Source of the DNA: Octopus vulgaris
Lineage: Eukaryota
Direction of reading: 5' to 3'
DNA length: 64,000 bases
NCBI GenBank assembly: GCA_951406725.2
Contig: OX597821.1
Span: forward strand, 70,804,001-70,868,000
Below the pieces are notes generated by a model. That model made no database searches. It was given only the letters and a program-made list of their open reading frames with translations, and was not told the DNA's origin. The position numbers and the translations under genes were made by a program. Below, in pieces: positions 1 through 17,043 of this stretch. Position 1 is the first letter of the stretch. Each line of letters starts with the position of its first letter.

Positions 1-9
1 AAATTTTAT

Positions 10-195
10 TCTTTTATTCTTTCCCTTCTTTTAGTCATTAGACTGTGGCCATGCTGGAGCAGCGCTTGAAGAATTTTTACTCGAATGAATCAACACCAAA
101 ACTTATTTTATTGGAGTCTTTTGCCGAACCACTATGTCAAGGGGGTGTAAACACACCAACACCGGTTGTAGAGCGTTGGTGGGGGAAAACACACA
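10..195 (-). mobile_element. tRNA-derived SINE family A, 3' half
   Basis: Reverse complement of the family A 3' end (gctccagcatggccacagtc..atgact) and the ttttgccgaacc / gtaaacacacc motifs shared with the full copies at 1832, 2203 and 55695. Confidence 0.8.
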
Positions 196-205
196 CACAT
201 ACATG

Positions 206-248
<43 letters not shown>

Positions 249-342
249 ATATATATGTATATATGTATATGAATGTATATATGCATATATATATATAATA
301 TTTATTTATGTGTATATATGCATGTGTATGTGAGATATTATA

Positions 343-415
<73 letters not shown>

Positions 416-786
416 GAAAGAGAGAGAGAGAGAAGGGGAGAGGGAGTGAAAGAGTGTGGCTGTATGAGAATGAAGGCATATGTGTAGCGGCTGAGTATTT
501 TAATGTGGGAAGTTCAAATCCGAGACGGCTGGGTTATAGTGTCTCCGTGACATAACGCTTCATTGAAAATGAATGGCAACCGAGGACTCCTGAAGGTCTC
601 AGTCATTCTAGTGGTCACTTCCTTGGGTCAAACATGCTGAGGCATAACAGGTCTTTCTTTCTCTTCTCGTCAGTACACAGGCACGCAAAATAGTAAACGA
701 AAGCACGGTAGAGGTTACTAAGATATACAAGTTCAGGGGCTGTATGGCTGTTGCATAAATAGATAGACTGGATAGATAGATAGATA

Positions 787-975
787 AGTTTCTTTATTGG
801 CCACACAGGGCTGCACACAGATGGGACAAGTTACAAGGTAGAGCTTTTCTTTTGGGGGAGAGAAAAAAAAAGGTGGCGTAGGTTTTCGATCAAAAGTGAT
901 CGTAAAAGGGAAAAAAGAAAAAAAAAAGAAAAAAGAAAAAAGGAAAGGAAAAAAAAAGAGAAAAAAAAAGAAAAA

Positions 976-982
<7 letters not shown>
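787..982 (-). mobile_element. Tx1/L1-like LINE 3' UTR end, 5'-truncated, within (GATA)n
   Basis: Matches the 3' terminus of the 16935-18233 element (gtttctttatt..gccacacagggctgcacacagat..acaaggtagagctttt); (GATA)n on both flanks. Confidence 0.85.
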
Positions 983-1019
<37 letters not shown>

Positions 1020-1335
1020 ATAGATGATATAATTATGCATATATCCCTGTACAAGCATGCACATATATATATTTATATAAACATAAATATACCTACACAC
1101 ATATATATATATTTAATATATATGTGCGCGTGTGTGTGTGTAGACAAAACTTTCTGACGCTCTCTCTTTCTTTCTCTATCCCTCACTCTATCTCTCTCTC
1201 TATCCCTCCCTCTCTCTCTCTCTTTCTCCCTCTCTCCCTTTCTCTCTCTCCGTTTATATATGTATGTATAAGAGAGATTAGTTTATTAGTTGTGCAAATC
1301 ATTAATATATACCCGACTAATACATACACACAAAG

Positions 1336-1444
<109 letters not shown>

Positions 1445-1472
1445 CATATATATATATGTATATATATGTATA

Positions 1473-1511
<39 letters not shown>

Positions 1512-1518
1512 ATATGTG

Positions 1519-1569
<51 letters not shown>

Positions 1570-1831
1570 ATATACATATATGGACGGCTCGTAGTAAATA
1601 GTAAAGTGTATTTTTTGTACATATATATTCGTATGTATAAATAAGTATATTACTTGAATAATAAATACACATATCTATATAAATATATATATTTGTAGCT
1701 ATATACATATGTATGTATTTATGTGTGTGTGTATGTGCGTGTGTTTATACATATATATACTTACAAACACGTGTGGTTTGTATGTAGACAGGCATGTATA
1801 ATGTATATACATAAATATGTTTTATATATAT

Positions 1832-2186
1832 AAGCGCAGAGGTGGCTGTGTGGTAAGTAGCTTGCTAACCAACCACACGGTTGCGGGTTCAGTCCCACTG
1901 CGTGGCATCTTGGGCAAGTGTCTTCTGTTATAGCCCCGGGCCGACCAATGCCTTGTGAGTGGATTTGGTAGACGGAAACTGAAAGAAGCCTGTCGTATAT
2001 ATGTATATATATGTATGTGTTTGTGTGTCTGTGTTTGTCCCACTAGCATTGCTTGACAATCGATACTGGTGTGTTTACGTCCCCGTCACTTAGCGGTTCG
2101 GCAAAAAGAGACCGATAGAATAAGTACTAAAAGGCGGTGCTCCAGCATGGCCGCAGTCAAATGACTGAAACAAGTAAAAGAGAAAG
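1832..2186 (+). mobile_element. tRNA-derived CORE-type SINE family A (probably one of the Octopus OK/OR1/OR2 families; assignment not verified)
   Basis: tRNA-like head with A box (tggctgtgtggt) and B box (gggttcagtccc), CORE-like cttgggcaagtg, internal (TA)/(TG) microsatellite, 3' tail gaaacaagtaaaagag. Confidence 0.9.
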
Positions 2187-2202
2187 ATATATATATATAT
2201 AT

Positions 2203-2599
2203 AGGCGCAGGAGTGGCTGTGTGGTAAGTAGCTTGCTTACCAACCATATGGTTCCGGATTCAGTCCCACTGCGTGACACCTTGGGCAAGTGTCTTCTACT
2301 ATAGCCTCGTGCCGACTAGAGATTTGTGAGTGGATTTGGTAGAAGGAAACTGAAAGAAGCCCGTCGTATATATGTATATATATATATATATGTGCGTGTG
2401 TGTGTGTTTGTGTGGCTGTGTTTGTCCCCCTAGCATTGCTTGACAACCGATGCTGCTGTGTTTATGTCCGCGTAAATAGCAGTTCGGCAAAAGAGACCGA
2501 TAGAATAAGTACTGGGCTTACAAATAATAAGTCCTGGCATCGAATTGCTCGATTAGAGGTGGTGCTCCAGCATGGTCGCAGTCAAATGACTGAAACAAG

Positions 2600-2603
<4 letters not shown>
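2203..2603 (+). mobile_element. SINE family A, full length, tandem to the previous copy
   Basis: Same head, core and tail as 1832-2186; separated from it by a short (TA)n. Confidence 0.9.
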
Positions 2604-2656
<53 letters not shown>

Positions 2657-3067
2657 GAGTGTTTGTGTGTTGCCTGCTTATATATGTGTGTGTGTGGAGA
2701 CAATTGTTAGATTGAATTCTAATCTAAAATCTCCCCCAAAACAATCGACTGCGACGTGGATAATTCTGCAATGCTTTTGTTTAATGGGTTTTGTTTTGTT
2801 TTGTTTTTCTAAAGCATGCCTCTACTTTCTGCTTCACTGTTAAGAATGCAGATGTATATGTTCATGCATAAGCATGCACCAAGTGTACAAGTCTCTGTGT
2901 ATATGTGTCTGTGACGCTTATACCGGGTCTGTATGTAACAATATTTGTAACAATATTGTCTAAGCAGGTTTGCCTGTGGGACACACGTTTACCTAAAATT
3001 AAATTGAATAACAATTATACATTTTATGGCAGATCGTGATCTTAACCTTTTCTTCTTCTCTTTCTTC

Positions 3068-3129
<62 letters not shown>

Positions 3130-3249
3130 CCTCCTTTCACACTTTCGATCCCTTCTCTTTCTTTCTCTCATTCTCTCTATATATCCATATTTGTACGCAT
3201 AGACGGAGACACGTTTATATGTACATATGTATAGGTATATGCATATATG

Positions 3250-3292
<43 letters not shown>

Positions 3293-3449
3293 ATATGTAT
3301 ATATATAATCATGTATAAATATACATATATCTATATGCGTGTATATATCTATATGCATGCATATATTTATATGCATGTGTGTGTGTATATATATTCTTAT
3401 TCCTTTTTAAAAGTATATATATATATATTATTATTCATCTCTATATATT

Positions 3450-3517
<68 letters not shown>

Positions 3518-3603
3518 CTCACATATGCTCACATATATGTGAACATATATGTGGGCATATGTGTATGCTTGTGTACGCGAGTACACATGAATGCATGTGT
3601 GCA

Positions 3604-3649
<46 letters not shown>

Positions 3650-3841
3650 CGTGTGTGTGTGTGTGTCACGAATTATTGAATATGTATGCTTGCATATATA
3701 ATTGCCTATTAGTGTGTGTATGTATTTCCAATTACGCTGTCCTCTCAGTAAGTATACCAGAGTGGAAACACGCAAACCGATTTCTCTACAGCTGTCTTTC
3801 CTGTGCATTATTTTCTCGATGTTTATAAAGGCATTTATATG

Positions 3842-3926
<85 letters not shown>

Positions 3927-4118
3927 ATATATATTTATATATATATATACATACACAGGTGTTTGTGTATTCATGCATGTATATAGGATAGATAGATAGA
4001 GAGAGATAAATATAGATATAGATATAGATATAGATATATATACATTGTATATATTTATGTATACATATATTATACATATATACATACATATATATATATG
4101 CATACATACATACATATG

Positions 4119-4614
<496 letters not shown>

Positions 4615-4637
4615 AGTTATATATACCCACATGCATT

Positions 4638-4681
<44 letters not shown>

Positions 4682-4766
4682 TGTATATACACATACGCAT
4701 ACATATACATACATATATATATATACATATGTATATATATACATGTATATATATATATATATATAC

Positions 4767-4873
<107 letters not shown>

Positions 4874-5410
4874 CATACATATATATTTAGAGAGAGAGAG
4901 AGGAAGAGAGAGAGAAGGAACGAAAAAAGAAAGAATGAAAGATCGGTAAATAGATCGATAGACAGGCAGGCAGGCAGGCAGGCAGATACAAATGTATGCT
5001 GAAAAGTTTTAAAGAATCCTGCTTCCTGCCACTACTCTATGCATTTTGCTATGTACCCAATTAAACTATACTCAATAATTTCCGTATGCAACTGTCTTAG
5101 AATCGGTTAAACAAATTTCACACACACAAAATCTACTAATTTCATATATTAATATAAACTAATATTTTTTTTTTATCTTTCAACTCCTCGTAATAAAGAG
5201 AATTTCTTGCACTCCCAATTTCTTGGGTCGTCTGTGAATTAGTGTGTGAGTTTGTGAATGGTAGTGCACGTACGTTATACGTGTATATTTGTATATAAGC
5301 AGGATGCGTATATAAACGTACATACACAAACACATATATACATCCACATATATATACATGTATACATATATATATATATACATCCATACATATATACCTG
5401 TATGTCCTGC

Positions 5411-5452
<42 letters not shown>

Positions 5453-5714
5453 TTGTATGTATGTACGTATGCATTTATGTATGCCTGTGTGCATGCATGT
5501 AATGTATGTATATATTTCATTTATTTCTTTTCTCTTATTGATTTCACATTTATATATTTATTACACACTTATGTGTTTGCAGGTGACATGTATACACTCG
5601 CATAGACACAAATTCATATGTGTATGAAGTACGTATATATTTAGACATACGCACATGCATGTATATATTTAGACATACGAACACACACACATACATATAC
5701 ACATATATTTATAG

Positions 5715-6320
5715 ATATATACACATACATACATGCATGCATGCATACATATATGTATACATACAGACATACATACATTCATACATGCATGCATTTCATA
5801 CATACATACATACATACATGCATACATACATACATACATACATACATACATGCATGCATGCATACATACATACATACATACATACATACATGCATGCATA
5901 CATAAATACATTCATACATACATACATGCATGCATACATACATACATACATACATACAAACATACATACATGCATGCATGCATACATACATACATACATA
6001 CATACATACATACATACATACATACATACATACATACATACATACATACATACATGCATGCATACATAAATACATACATACATACATACAAACATACATA
6101 CATGCATGCATGCATAAATACATACATACATACATACATACAAACATACATACATACATACATAAATAGATAAATAAATACATACATACATACATACACA
6201 CATACATACATACATACATATACATACATACATACATACATACATACATACATGCATGCATACATACATACATACATACATATATACATACATACATACA
6301 TACATACATACATACAAACA
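5715..6320. repeat. (ACAT)n tetranucleotide array, about 600 bp, with GCAT/AAAT variants
   Basis: Seen directly; it produces the spurious YIHT/MYVC ORFs. Confidence 0.95.
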
Positions 6321-6439
6321 TTCCGGAGTCACACTAGAGTGTATCACGAAATGTGAAAGTGATAAACTGGATTAAATTTAATTGCCGAAACAATTCTTTC
6401 AAAAGTGCTACAAAAATAGCAGTGACATAGCTAATGTGC

Positions 6440-6531
<92 letters not shown>

Positions 6532-6898
6532 AAAATTAATTAAATGCTGAAACTTCACAAATCGTTACTCCCAGCCTCATCTTGTATATAAACGCATGCC
6601 CCAGCATGGCCACAGCTCAAGAGCTGAAACTGGAAAACATAAACATAAACATATATAAAAATACACGCGTATACAATCATAACACTAGCGCTAATATTTA
6701 TATGTGTATGTGTGTGTGTATATATGTGTATATATGTATATTTATATAAAATACATTCATGAAATTAGCACTCACAGAGAGGCATATTCACACACATATA
6801 TTTGTGTGTGTGTGAGAGAGTGTTTATACACACTGACACACACACACATATATATATACATGTGTATGCGAGTGTGAATATATATGGATGGATGGATG

Positions 6899-6976
<78 letters not shown>

Positions 6977-7574
6977 ATGTATGTATTTATGTATTTATAT
7001 ATAATATATATATATATATATGTGTATGTATGTATGTATGTATGTATGTATGTATGTATGTATGTATGTATGTATGTATAATACAGTAAGACAGACAGAA
7101 AGGCAGATTGATAGAGAGACACAGAAAGATAGACGGAGAGACTGAGAGACAAAGAGAGAAATGATTCGATTCATGTATTTATTTTAAACTATTTCTCACC
7201 AATATTTTTTAATATAACATTTCCCACGAAGAAGACCCGTCACCATTTACTGTTGTTAATTTTGCAATGTTTAATTATTGAAATCCAGTCGATACTACTG
7301 ATGTATTTCACCCCTTCTGGGTCGACAGGATAAATACTTTTATTCAGGATTTATAGATTAATCTCCATATAGTATCGCACGCCTGGACTTCATTATAGTA
7401 AGTTTATAGAATTAATAATACTATTATTATTGTTATTAGCTAGTCCTTTGTGCATGTAAGCTTTTGGGGCAGATAGAGTACAGTAGTGGCATAAACATAG
7501 AGTACAGTAGTGGACTAATCCTCTCTTCGGATAATCGATTAATCCATCTCACTAATTTTCATTATGCCTATGTG

Positions 7575-7797
7575 AGAAGCGGTAATTGAGTTAAGTTGCC
7601 GGACAAAATGCTTACAAGTATTTCTCCGGACTTACGTTGTGAGTTCATATTCAGCTGAGGTTGAATTAACATTTCATCCTTATGTGCTCAAAAAAATATG
7701 AAATAAGGAGTATTCGTTGAATACCGAGATCGATATAATCAATAGGTTCCCTACCTCAAACTTACAGGACTTATGCCTTTGGTAGAAAGAATTATTC
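7575..7797 (+). mobile_element. Decayed SINE family B (Nin/Deu-domain type)
   Basis: Diverged match to 35475-35709: acgttgtgagttcatattcagctgaggttg..tttcatcct..gatcgatataatc. Confidence 0.6.
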
Positions 7798-7970
7798 TAA
7801 TCATTCCTATTACAAATACATACATACATACGTACATGTATGTATATATATATATATATATATATAACTTAGAATAACTTGGAAAGGTTTTGGCCAGTAT
7901 TGACCCAGACCATGTCTAACTTAGTAGCACCACCTGGCAAAATATATATATATACATATGCATATATATA

Positions 7971-8022
<52 letters not shown>

Positions 8023-8137
8023 TATATCTCTCTTGCTATATATATATGTACATACATACATACATACAAAGATATACATACATATCATCTCGCTATATAT
8101 ATATATATATATATATAGTCACGTGAGTACTTGATAA

Positions 8138-8229
<92 letters not shown>

Positions 8230-8296
8230 CCTTAAATGGTCCTTTTACATACTGAACACTTGGTGAAATTGATTAATTAATTTTACCCTCAATTGT

Positions 8297-8431
<135 letters not shown>

Positions 8432-8539
8432 CACACTTACGTAGGCTTTCTCACACGTAATTGCACAAACATGAGCAGAATTAGCTATATTTCATTAGCA
8501 TATATACGTATGCTTACACACACAAACATATATCTTCAA

Positions 8540-9047
<508 letters not shown>

Positions 9048-9081
9048 CACGTGTTTATTATAAGTACATATAATATATATA

Positions 9082-9147
<66 letters not shown>

Positions 9148-9187
9148 TATATAGACCGGAGTAAACACATAAATGTGAAACATATAC

Positions 9188-9229
<42 letters not shown>

Positions 9230-9673
9230 CATATATGCATATATATATATTATGTATACATATATCATATATATATATATATATATATATGAGTAAATGT
9301 ATGGCGATGCAAGTTATATAGATCCATATATGAAATATATTTAAATACGTGAAATACAAAATATGTGTATATATACGTAAACACATAAAAAATAGTTCGA
9401 CTTACACAGGTTTCCTATCTTATCATTTAAAGTTCGACTTACACAGAGTACAAATGATACGGATTATTAAAGGAGGGGGAGGACAAGTATTTCTTGTCCT
9501 CCTCCTCTTTAATTCTCTTTATCATTTGTATTCTGGTGAACCTTCTTATATATTTACGCAGATATACATATTTTGTATTCCACGTCTTTAAATATATTTT
9601 ATATATGCATCTATCTGATTTGCATTGTCATAAATTTACTTACATATATATACATACACACATATATATATAT

Positions 9674-9742
<69 letters not shown>

Positions 9743-10313
9743 CAATAAGAGGCTTCCAAAAATGGAAGCGTTGTGCTAGAACACAAGAACACAAAAAGGT
9801 ATAAATTCATGAAAGGAATGAAAATTTAAAACATTTTCCATCTCAACTATATACCAGACCGACGGTTTCTAACTAGTTTCAGCAAACAAACAACGCTTCC
9901 CTTTTTGGAAGCCTCTTATTGTATTTCTATATGAATAAAATATAGTCTAATGACTAATTCGTCTTTTGTGCTAGGCCACTGGTAATAATAATTTATTATT
10001 ACCCTATTTTATTATGTTTATATATATATATATATACACATATGGATCTGTCTAATGTGCTTATTCCTAGGTTTACTTCTTCACCCGGTCACGTTCAAAT
10101 CACTTGAGCACTACAAAAAGTATTCTAAACGTAGAATATTTGAATCTTATCTATCAAATATTTATAAATATATACACACATACATATTTACATATATATA
10201 CATAGTGGAATTTATAGTATATATAGGTGCGTGTGTGTATACATAAATTTAGCTATCGATATATATGTACTATATATATATATGCATGTATATATATACA
10301 TATATATACAAGA

Positions 10314-10521
10314 TATTTCTTTCTTTATTTCTTTATTTCCCACAGGGGGATAAACATAGAGAGGACAAACAAGGACAGACAAATCGATGAAGTCGATTAC
10401 ATCGACCCCAGTGTGTAACTGGTACTTATCTAATCGACCTCAAAAGGATGGAAAGCAAAGTCGACCTCGGTGGAATTTGAACTCAGAACATAAAATCAGA
10501 CGAGATACCGCTAAACATTTG
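10314..10521 (-). mobile_element. SINE family B
   Basis: gtcgattacatcgaccccagtgtgtaactggtactt..aaagtcgacctcggtggaatttgaactcagaac is the reverse complement of the 35475 element. Confidence 0.85.
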
Positions 10522-10707
10522 CATAAATGCAATTCAATAATTACGTAACCTTGTCAATAAAATGATTCAAAAGTGATCACGTCTATCATTCTTCGATTGT
10601 ATTAGACAATTCTCTGTATAACCTGTCAATGTTTATGTCACGTTTTGCTTCGAAACTCAGCGATTCAGAACGGAGGAGGGAAATTTACTTTGAAATATTT
10701 ACTACAT

Positions 10708-10884
10708 ATGGCTGCGTGTTAAAAAAAAAAGCTCGCTTTGGAAGCGAAGGTTTCGGGTTCAGTGCCACTGTGCGATATCCTAGGCAAGTGTCTTCTGGTA
10801 TGTAACTCCGAGCTGCTGAGCAATGACTTGTAAGTGACTTTGGTTGTAGGAAACCGAGTGGAAGCCTGTCGCATATATAATTAA

Positions 10885-10915
<31 letters not shown>

Positions 10916-10916
10916 A

Positions 10917-10988
<72 letters not shown>

Positions 10989-11419
10989 AATACAGACACA
11001 CAAACAAACACACACACACACACACATATATATTTAAGTAATAAAGTTAATGTCTGGTCATAGAGTGACCAATGGTTTCGCATTCCCGAAAGCTGTAGTT
11101 TCGTGGACGACTGACCGAAGACAAATTGAACTCTTCAACTCTTTACATAAAGGCTGAAGCTTGAGTGTGTATGTCTGTATATAGGTGTATGTATATCGTT
11201 ATATTTGTGGATCTCCACTCAGAGGACAGCCGATGTTGGTTGGTTTACGTCTTCATAAATATACGAGTCGGCAAAAGAAAACCGATAAAATACGCAGCAA
11301 ACTTTCAAGGAAAATTCATGAATACTGAGGTCGATTTGTTTCACGAAAACTTTCAAGAAGCTGCCCCAGCATGGCCGCAGTCCAATGACTGCAACATGTA
11401 TAATAAAAGAGATAAAAGA
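10708..11419 (+). mobile_element. SINE family A, diverged and interrupted
   Basis: Head 10708-10875 (gggttcagtgccactgtg..taggcaagtgtcttct) and tail 11225-11419 (ccagcatggccgcagtcc). Confidence 0.65.
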
Positions 11420-11704
11420 CATCGGGTATTTTTCTCCCATCACCCAGTGAGTTTCTCGGCGGATGTAAGCGTGTGTCTGTGTCTATGCCTGTGTGTATAT
11501 GTATACGTGTGTGTGCGCGCGCATGCGTTGTGTGCGTATGTGTGTGTGTAAACAGGAAAAATGCGTGTGTTTGCTTGTGTTCTTTTGATGTGATAATTCT
11601 AATTTGTTTAACCATCGCCCATCTTTAACCACATTTCACTCTAGGAGACTCAACCAATTCCGTTAATTGTATATAGAACACCTAATTGCGTTATTATTCA
11701 GTTC

Positions 11705-11843
<139 letters not shown>

Positions 11844-11943
11844 TATATGTATGCATATACATATATATACACACATATATATATATATATATACACATAT
11901 ATATGTACACATATATACATAGATATATAGATATATTTACACT

Positions 11944-11991
<48 letters not shown>

Positions 11992-12198
11992 TATATATAT
12001 ACACATACATATATATAGATCATATATACATACATATATATATACATATATATTTATATATAAATATATATACTTACATATATATTAACGTGTATATATG
12101 CATGTTGGTGTATGTATGTGTATATATACATTTATATATACACATATGAATATATATATATACGTACATATTTATTAACATATACATATGTATGTATG

Positions 12199-12363
<165 letters not shown>

Positions 12364-12925
12364 ACATACAGAAATATACTTATATTTCTGTTCATACAAA
12401 TGCAGGCAGCGTGAGAGAGGGAGAGAGGAAAATAGAGAGAGGGATAGAGGGATAGAGAGAGAGGGAAAGAGAAAGAGGGAGGGAGGGAGTGAGAGAAAGA
12501 AAAGTAGAAACATAGAAAGATAGATTATAAGACAAATTTCGAGTGAGTTTGACCGTTTCACTTATATTAATATATGCATACACACGCACTCATATATCTA
12601 CGTATGTATGTATACATTTGTATATATGTGTGTATATATATATACCTATATGTATGTATATATATATATATATATATATATTTATTTATATATATACATA
12701 TATGTATATACATATATGCGTGTATATAAATGCACACATATATATGTGTGTGTTTGTGCGTGTTTATCTATATACGTGTAAATACAGACTGTAAACTCAA
12801 ATAATCCCTAAATATAAGCTACTCAGATAAGTTCATTCCGCAGGATCAATGTAAATATTTTTACTCTGTCAATTTGTTAAATATGTTTGAATAAGTTGAA
12901 CTGTCGTTTATGTTAGAAGATCATG

Positions 12926-13014
12926 AATTTATCTGACGAAAACGGTTTCTTTGCAATGATATAACCTTCTCAGTAACCAATTAAAGGAGTCGTTAGAAAC
13001 GGCCGTAATGGATT
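12926..13014 (+). ncRNA. Type I hammerhead ribozyme motif (PLE-type)
   Basis: Stem I aatttat/atggatt; CUGACGA 12933-12939; long stem II (aacggtttcttt/aaaggagtcgtt, with an A.A mismatch at its base); GAAA 12996-12999; palindromic stem III acggccgt; GUA site 13005-13007. Confidence 0.7.
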
Positions 13015-13059
13015 GACACATGTACTTCTTTGTTACACATTTATATATATATATATACA

Positions 13060-13167
<108 letters not shown>

Positions 13168-13269
13168 CATTTATATATATAATTTTAATTATAATTTGTA
13201 TTCATTTATATATGCATACGTATATATTAAATATATATACACACACGCAAACACACACATATAGACAGT

Positions 13270-13344
<75 letters not shown>

Positions 13345-13358
13345 TCAGACAGACAGAC

Positions 13359-13460
<102 letters not shown>

Positions 13461-13479
13461 ATGCATGCTTGTATGTATA

Positions 13480-13970
13480 TGTAGCATTTTCCATCATAGA
13501 GAACATCATCCAAGATTAGAAAAATGCATTAGAAATCGGTTGTAGTTTGTTTGTTTTTTGTCTGCGGTGATCTCCTCCACATATGGAAATGCTTTCTCAA
13601 ATAAACTCGGACTTCATTTTGGAGGACGTTGTAAAATGTACAAGTACTAAGCTCTAAGTGCAATGCGTCCTATAGTGGAAATAGCGATGCTGCTTACGCA
13701 ATTCTCGTTTCCTTGTCTCATATGTACCTGTTCGAAGCTCCAACTCTCCACAAGTTTTACCTTTTTTAAATTTCTGGAATCTGCTGTTTTATGAAGATTT
13801 CCTATCTTGTTGAAGGCTCGAAACAGGGAGTAATTAACAGTCGACAACTGAGGAGGGGGTCAGACTTCTTTTGGTATTTTGTCCCGCATTTGTCTCTCAT
13901 TATGTGTTTAAGCATTTTTCACTCGTTGGTGATGTCCCGTACATGAGGTATTTTATATTTATTTGATTAT
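13480..13970 (+). pseudogene. Decayed Penelope-like element, GIY-YIG remnant
   Basis: 13638-13680 reads YKY*/SKCNASYSG across a frameshift, resembling the PLE VYxxxCxxCxxxYIG motif. Confidence 0.45.
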
Positions 13971-14020
13971 ATATATTATATGTGTGTGCGTGAGTGTGTG
14001 TGTGTGCGTGTGTGTGAATG

Positions 14021-14089
<69 letters not shown>

Positions 14090-14209
14090 GCGTATATATA
14101 TATATATATTAAGATATATATATATATTTATATACATATACATATATATATACATATATCTATGTATATATATATATATACATATATATATACACACACA
14201 CATATATAC

Positions 14210-14245
<36 letters not shown>

Positions 14246-14374
14246 ATGTATATATATTATTATTATTATTATTATTATTATCATTATCGTAAGAGAAACC
14301 AACACGCGTCAATTGCACATTTGTGCATGTGTGTGTGTGTGTGTGCATGTGTGTGCGTGTGTGTGCGTGTGTGT

Positions 14375-14620
14375 CAAAAAGATCAAAGGTCCACGAACTC
14401 ATAAAGGCAGTTTCACCGATTCTGTGGCATATGTATCCACCCCATCCAGGGCGGGAGACCAGTCCATCGCAGAAAGACTCATTTTTGCCAGTTGAGAGGA
14501 CTGAAGTAACGTGAAACGAAGGGCTTTCCTTCTGGACACCACACATCGCCCGCTTCCGGAATCGGAACCACAATTTTACACTCATGAGTGCAACACACTC
14601 ACCACTAAGCCGAGCACTTT
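14375..14620 (-). mobile_element. Decayed SINE family C (tRNA head + CORE, V-domain-like motif)
   Basis: Minus strand: ggcttagtggt..ggttccgattcc head, then tttcacgttacttcagtc..aaaaatgagt..ctgcgatggactgg. The head and core align with 63253-63596. Confidence 0.6.
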
Positions 14621-14746
14621 CATGTATGTTTATACATATGTGCATGCATACACGCTCTCACACACACTCACACACACATATATATATTCATATGTGTATG
14701 TATGTATATACGCACGCACACACGCACTCGCACACACACACACGCG

Positions 14747-14781
<35 letters not shown>

Positions 14782-14794
14782 ATATATTCTATCA

Positions 14795-14995
14795 CTCTTT
14801 TACTTGTTTTAGTCATTTGGCTGCGGCCATGCCGGAGCACTGTCTTTAGTTGAACAAATTCACCCCAGGACTTATTCTTTGTAAGCCTAGTGCTTCTTCT
14901 ATCAGTCTCTTTTGCCGGACCGCTACGTTACAGGGGCGTAAACACACCAGCATCGGTAGTCAAGTGATGATGGGTGGGGACAAACACAGACACAG

Positions 14996-15086
<91 letters not shown>

Positions 15087-15265
15087 GTATCTATGTATGT
15101 ATACACGACGGGCCTCTTTCAGTTTCCGTCAGCCAAATCCACTCACAAGGCTTTGTTCAGCCTGGGGCTATAGTAGAAGACACTTGCTCAAGGTGCCACG
15201 CAATGAGACTGAACCCGGAACTGTGAGGTTGGGAAGCAAGCTTCTTACCACACAGACATATGCCT
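14795..15265 (-). mobile_element. SINE family A
   Basis: Reverse complement of the full family A sequence with internal (CA)n(TA)n. Confidence 0.9.
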
Positions 15266-15940
15266 GTATATATCAAAAGTGTGTGTGTGTATGTGCGCGC
15301 GCGTGCATACATGTGTGTGTATACATGTATCTATACATGTGTGCATGCCTTTATGCTGGTATGTGTGTATATCAAGCCATATGTGCTTGCAAGTACGGAT
15401 GTGTGTTCTTATATATACACGTATCTATGTATATATATATGTATGTGTATGTGTGTGTGTTTATGTGTGTGAGTGCGTGTGTATTCATGTATGCACGTAT
15501 ATACGTATTTGTATATGTTTTAATGTATGTGCTTTAATATATGTGCGTATGTACGTACACTCAATATCCTTTTATATTAATTAACCCCTACCGTTCCCTA
15601 ACTGAGCGGTCCTATCACCAAATGCGTTTCAGCTGTGTCGCAACCCCTCTTCTCCCCGAAGTGCATCATCTCTTTCAAGTCTAGAGTGTTAATTTGAAAA
15701 GGATTAGGTTGCTATTTCCAGCATGTCGAGCGACCAGCTCGAGGCGCTCGCAGCCAGCCACATCGGACTCTGTGTGTGTCCTGTAGCCGCAGCTCTAAAT
15801 GTATTTAACGGTAACGAACACACAGACACAGCGTGTAACCGTATGGCTTACTTACCTGTCTGTCCGTTTGGAACAATCTGGATGGGTTTGGGCGTTCATG
15901 AATGCTTTCTGTCAGTAAAAACTCTGTTTATGAATGGGAA

Positions 15941-15971
<31 letters not shown>

Positions 15972-16070
15972 CTGTGTGAAAGAGAGAGACAGAGAGACAG
16001 AGAGAGAGGAAGAGGGAGAGCGTGTGTATGTGTGTGAAAGAGTGAGAGAGTGGGGAGTGTATGTGTGAGT

Positions 16071-16109
<39 letters not shown>

Positions 16110-16934
16110 TGTGTGTGTGTGTATGTGTGTGCGAGAGTGAGTGAGAGAGAAGAGATTGTATATGTGTGAGAGAGAGGGTGTGTGTGTATGTGTGTGTATG
16201 AGAAAGAGAGAGTGTGTTTATGTAAGAGTGATTGAGAGTGAGTGAGAGAGAGAAGGGTGTATGTGTGTGTGAGAGTGAGTGAGAGAGAGGGTGTGTGTAT
16301 TGGTTATATAGCCCCAGGTTAATGCTGAGGGAGCAGACGTATGGTCAGAGGCAGCCTTTCCAGCCAGGAACATCACGCCTTACGTTAGAGGCGTCTAGAA
16401 ATACATGATTTAGTGTAAGCCGTCCTTATTTAGAATGGAAGGGTGTTTTTTAAGGGAGATGTGACTGTTATTTCTAGGAGATCGTGTAAAGGTTTCCTTG
16501 TTATGTGTGTGCTTCTGTGTCTGACGTGTGCATACACGTGTGTGCATGTATGTATGTGCGTATGCGCGTGTGTATGCATGTATGTGCTTGTGTGTATATG
16601 CATGTGTAACGAGCGTGTAGATGCATGTTTGTGTGTGTGTGTATGTGCGTGTGTGCATGAGTATACTTGTGCATGTATGTCTGTGTGTGGATATATATGT
16701 GGGTACATCAATATGCGATTTCTACTTCTCTACTCGCGTGATGAGTGATAAATGGTTTTTCACCATATTGTCTGGGCATTGGCGTTGGAGGGTCTTCAGT
16801 GTTAATATGTACGTGGAGGAATATGTAAGTTTTGTGCACGTGTGTGTGTATGCGTGGGAATGTTAATGTAAAGATAGATAAAGTGTGAGAGAGGGGGAGA
16901 CAGACAGACAGGCAGATAGATAGATAGATAGATA

Positions 16935-17005
16935 TGTTTCTTTATTAGCCACACAGGGCTGCACACAGATAGAACAAATTACAAGGTAGAGCTTTTCTTT
17001 TGAAT

Positions 17006-17043
<38 letters not shown>

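Noticed and set aside
635-680. Minus-strand CUGACGA..GAAA
   Set aside because: Stem II cannot form; likely chance.
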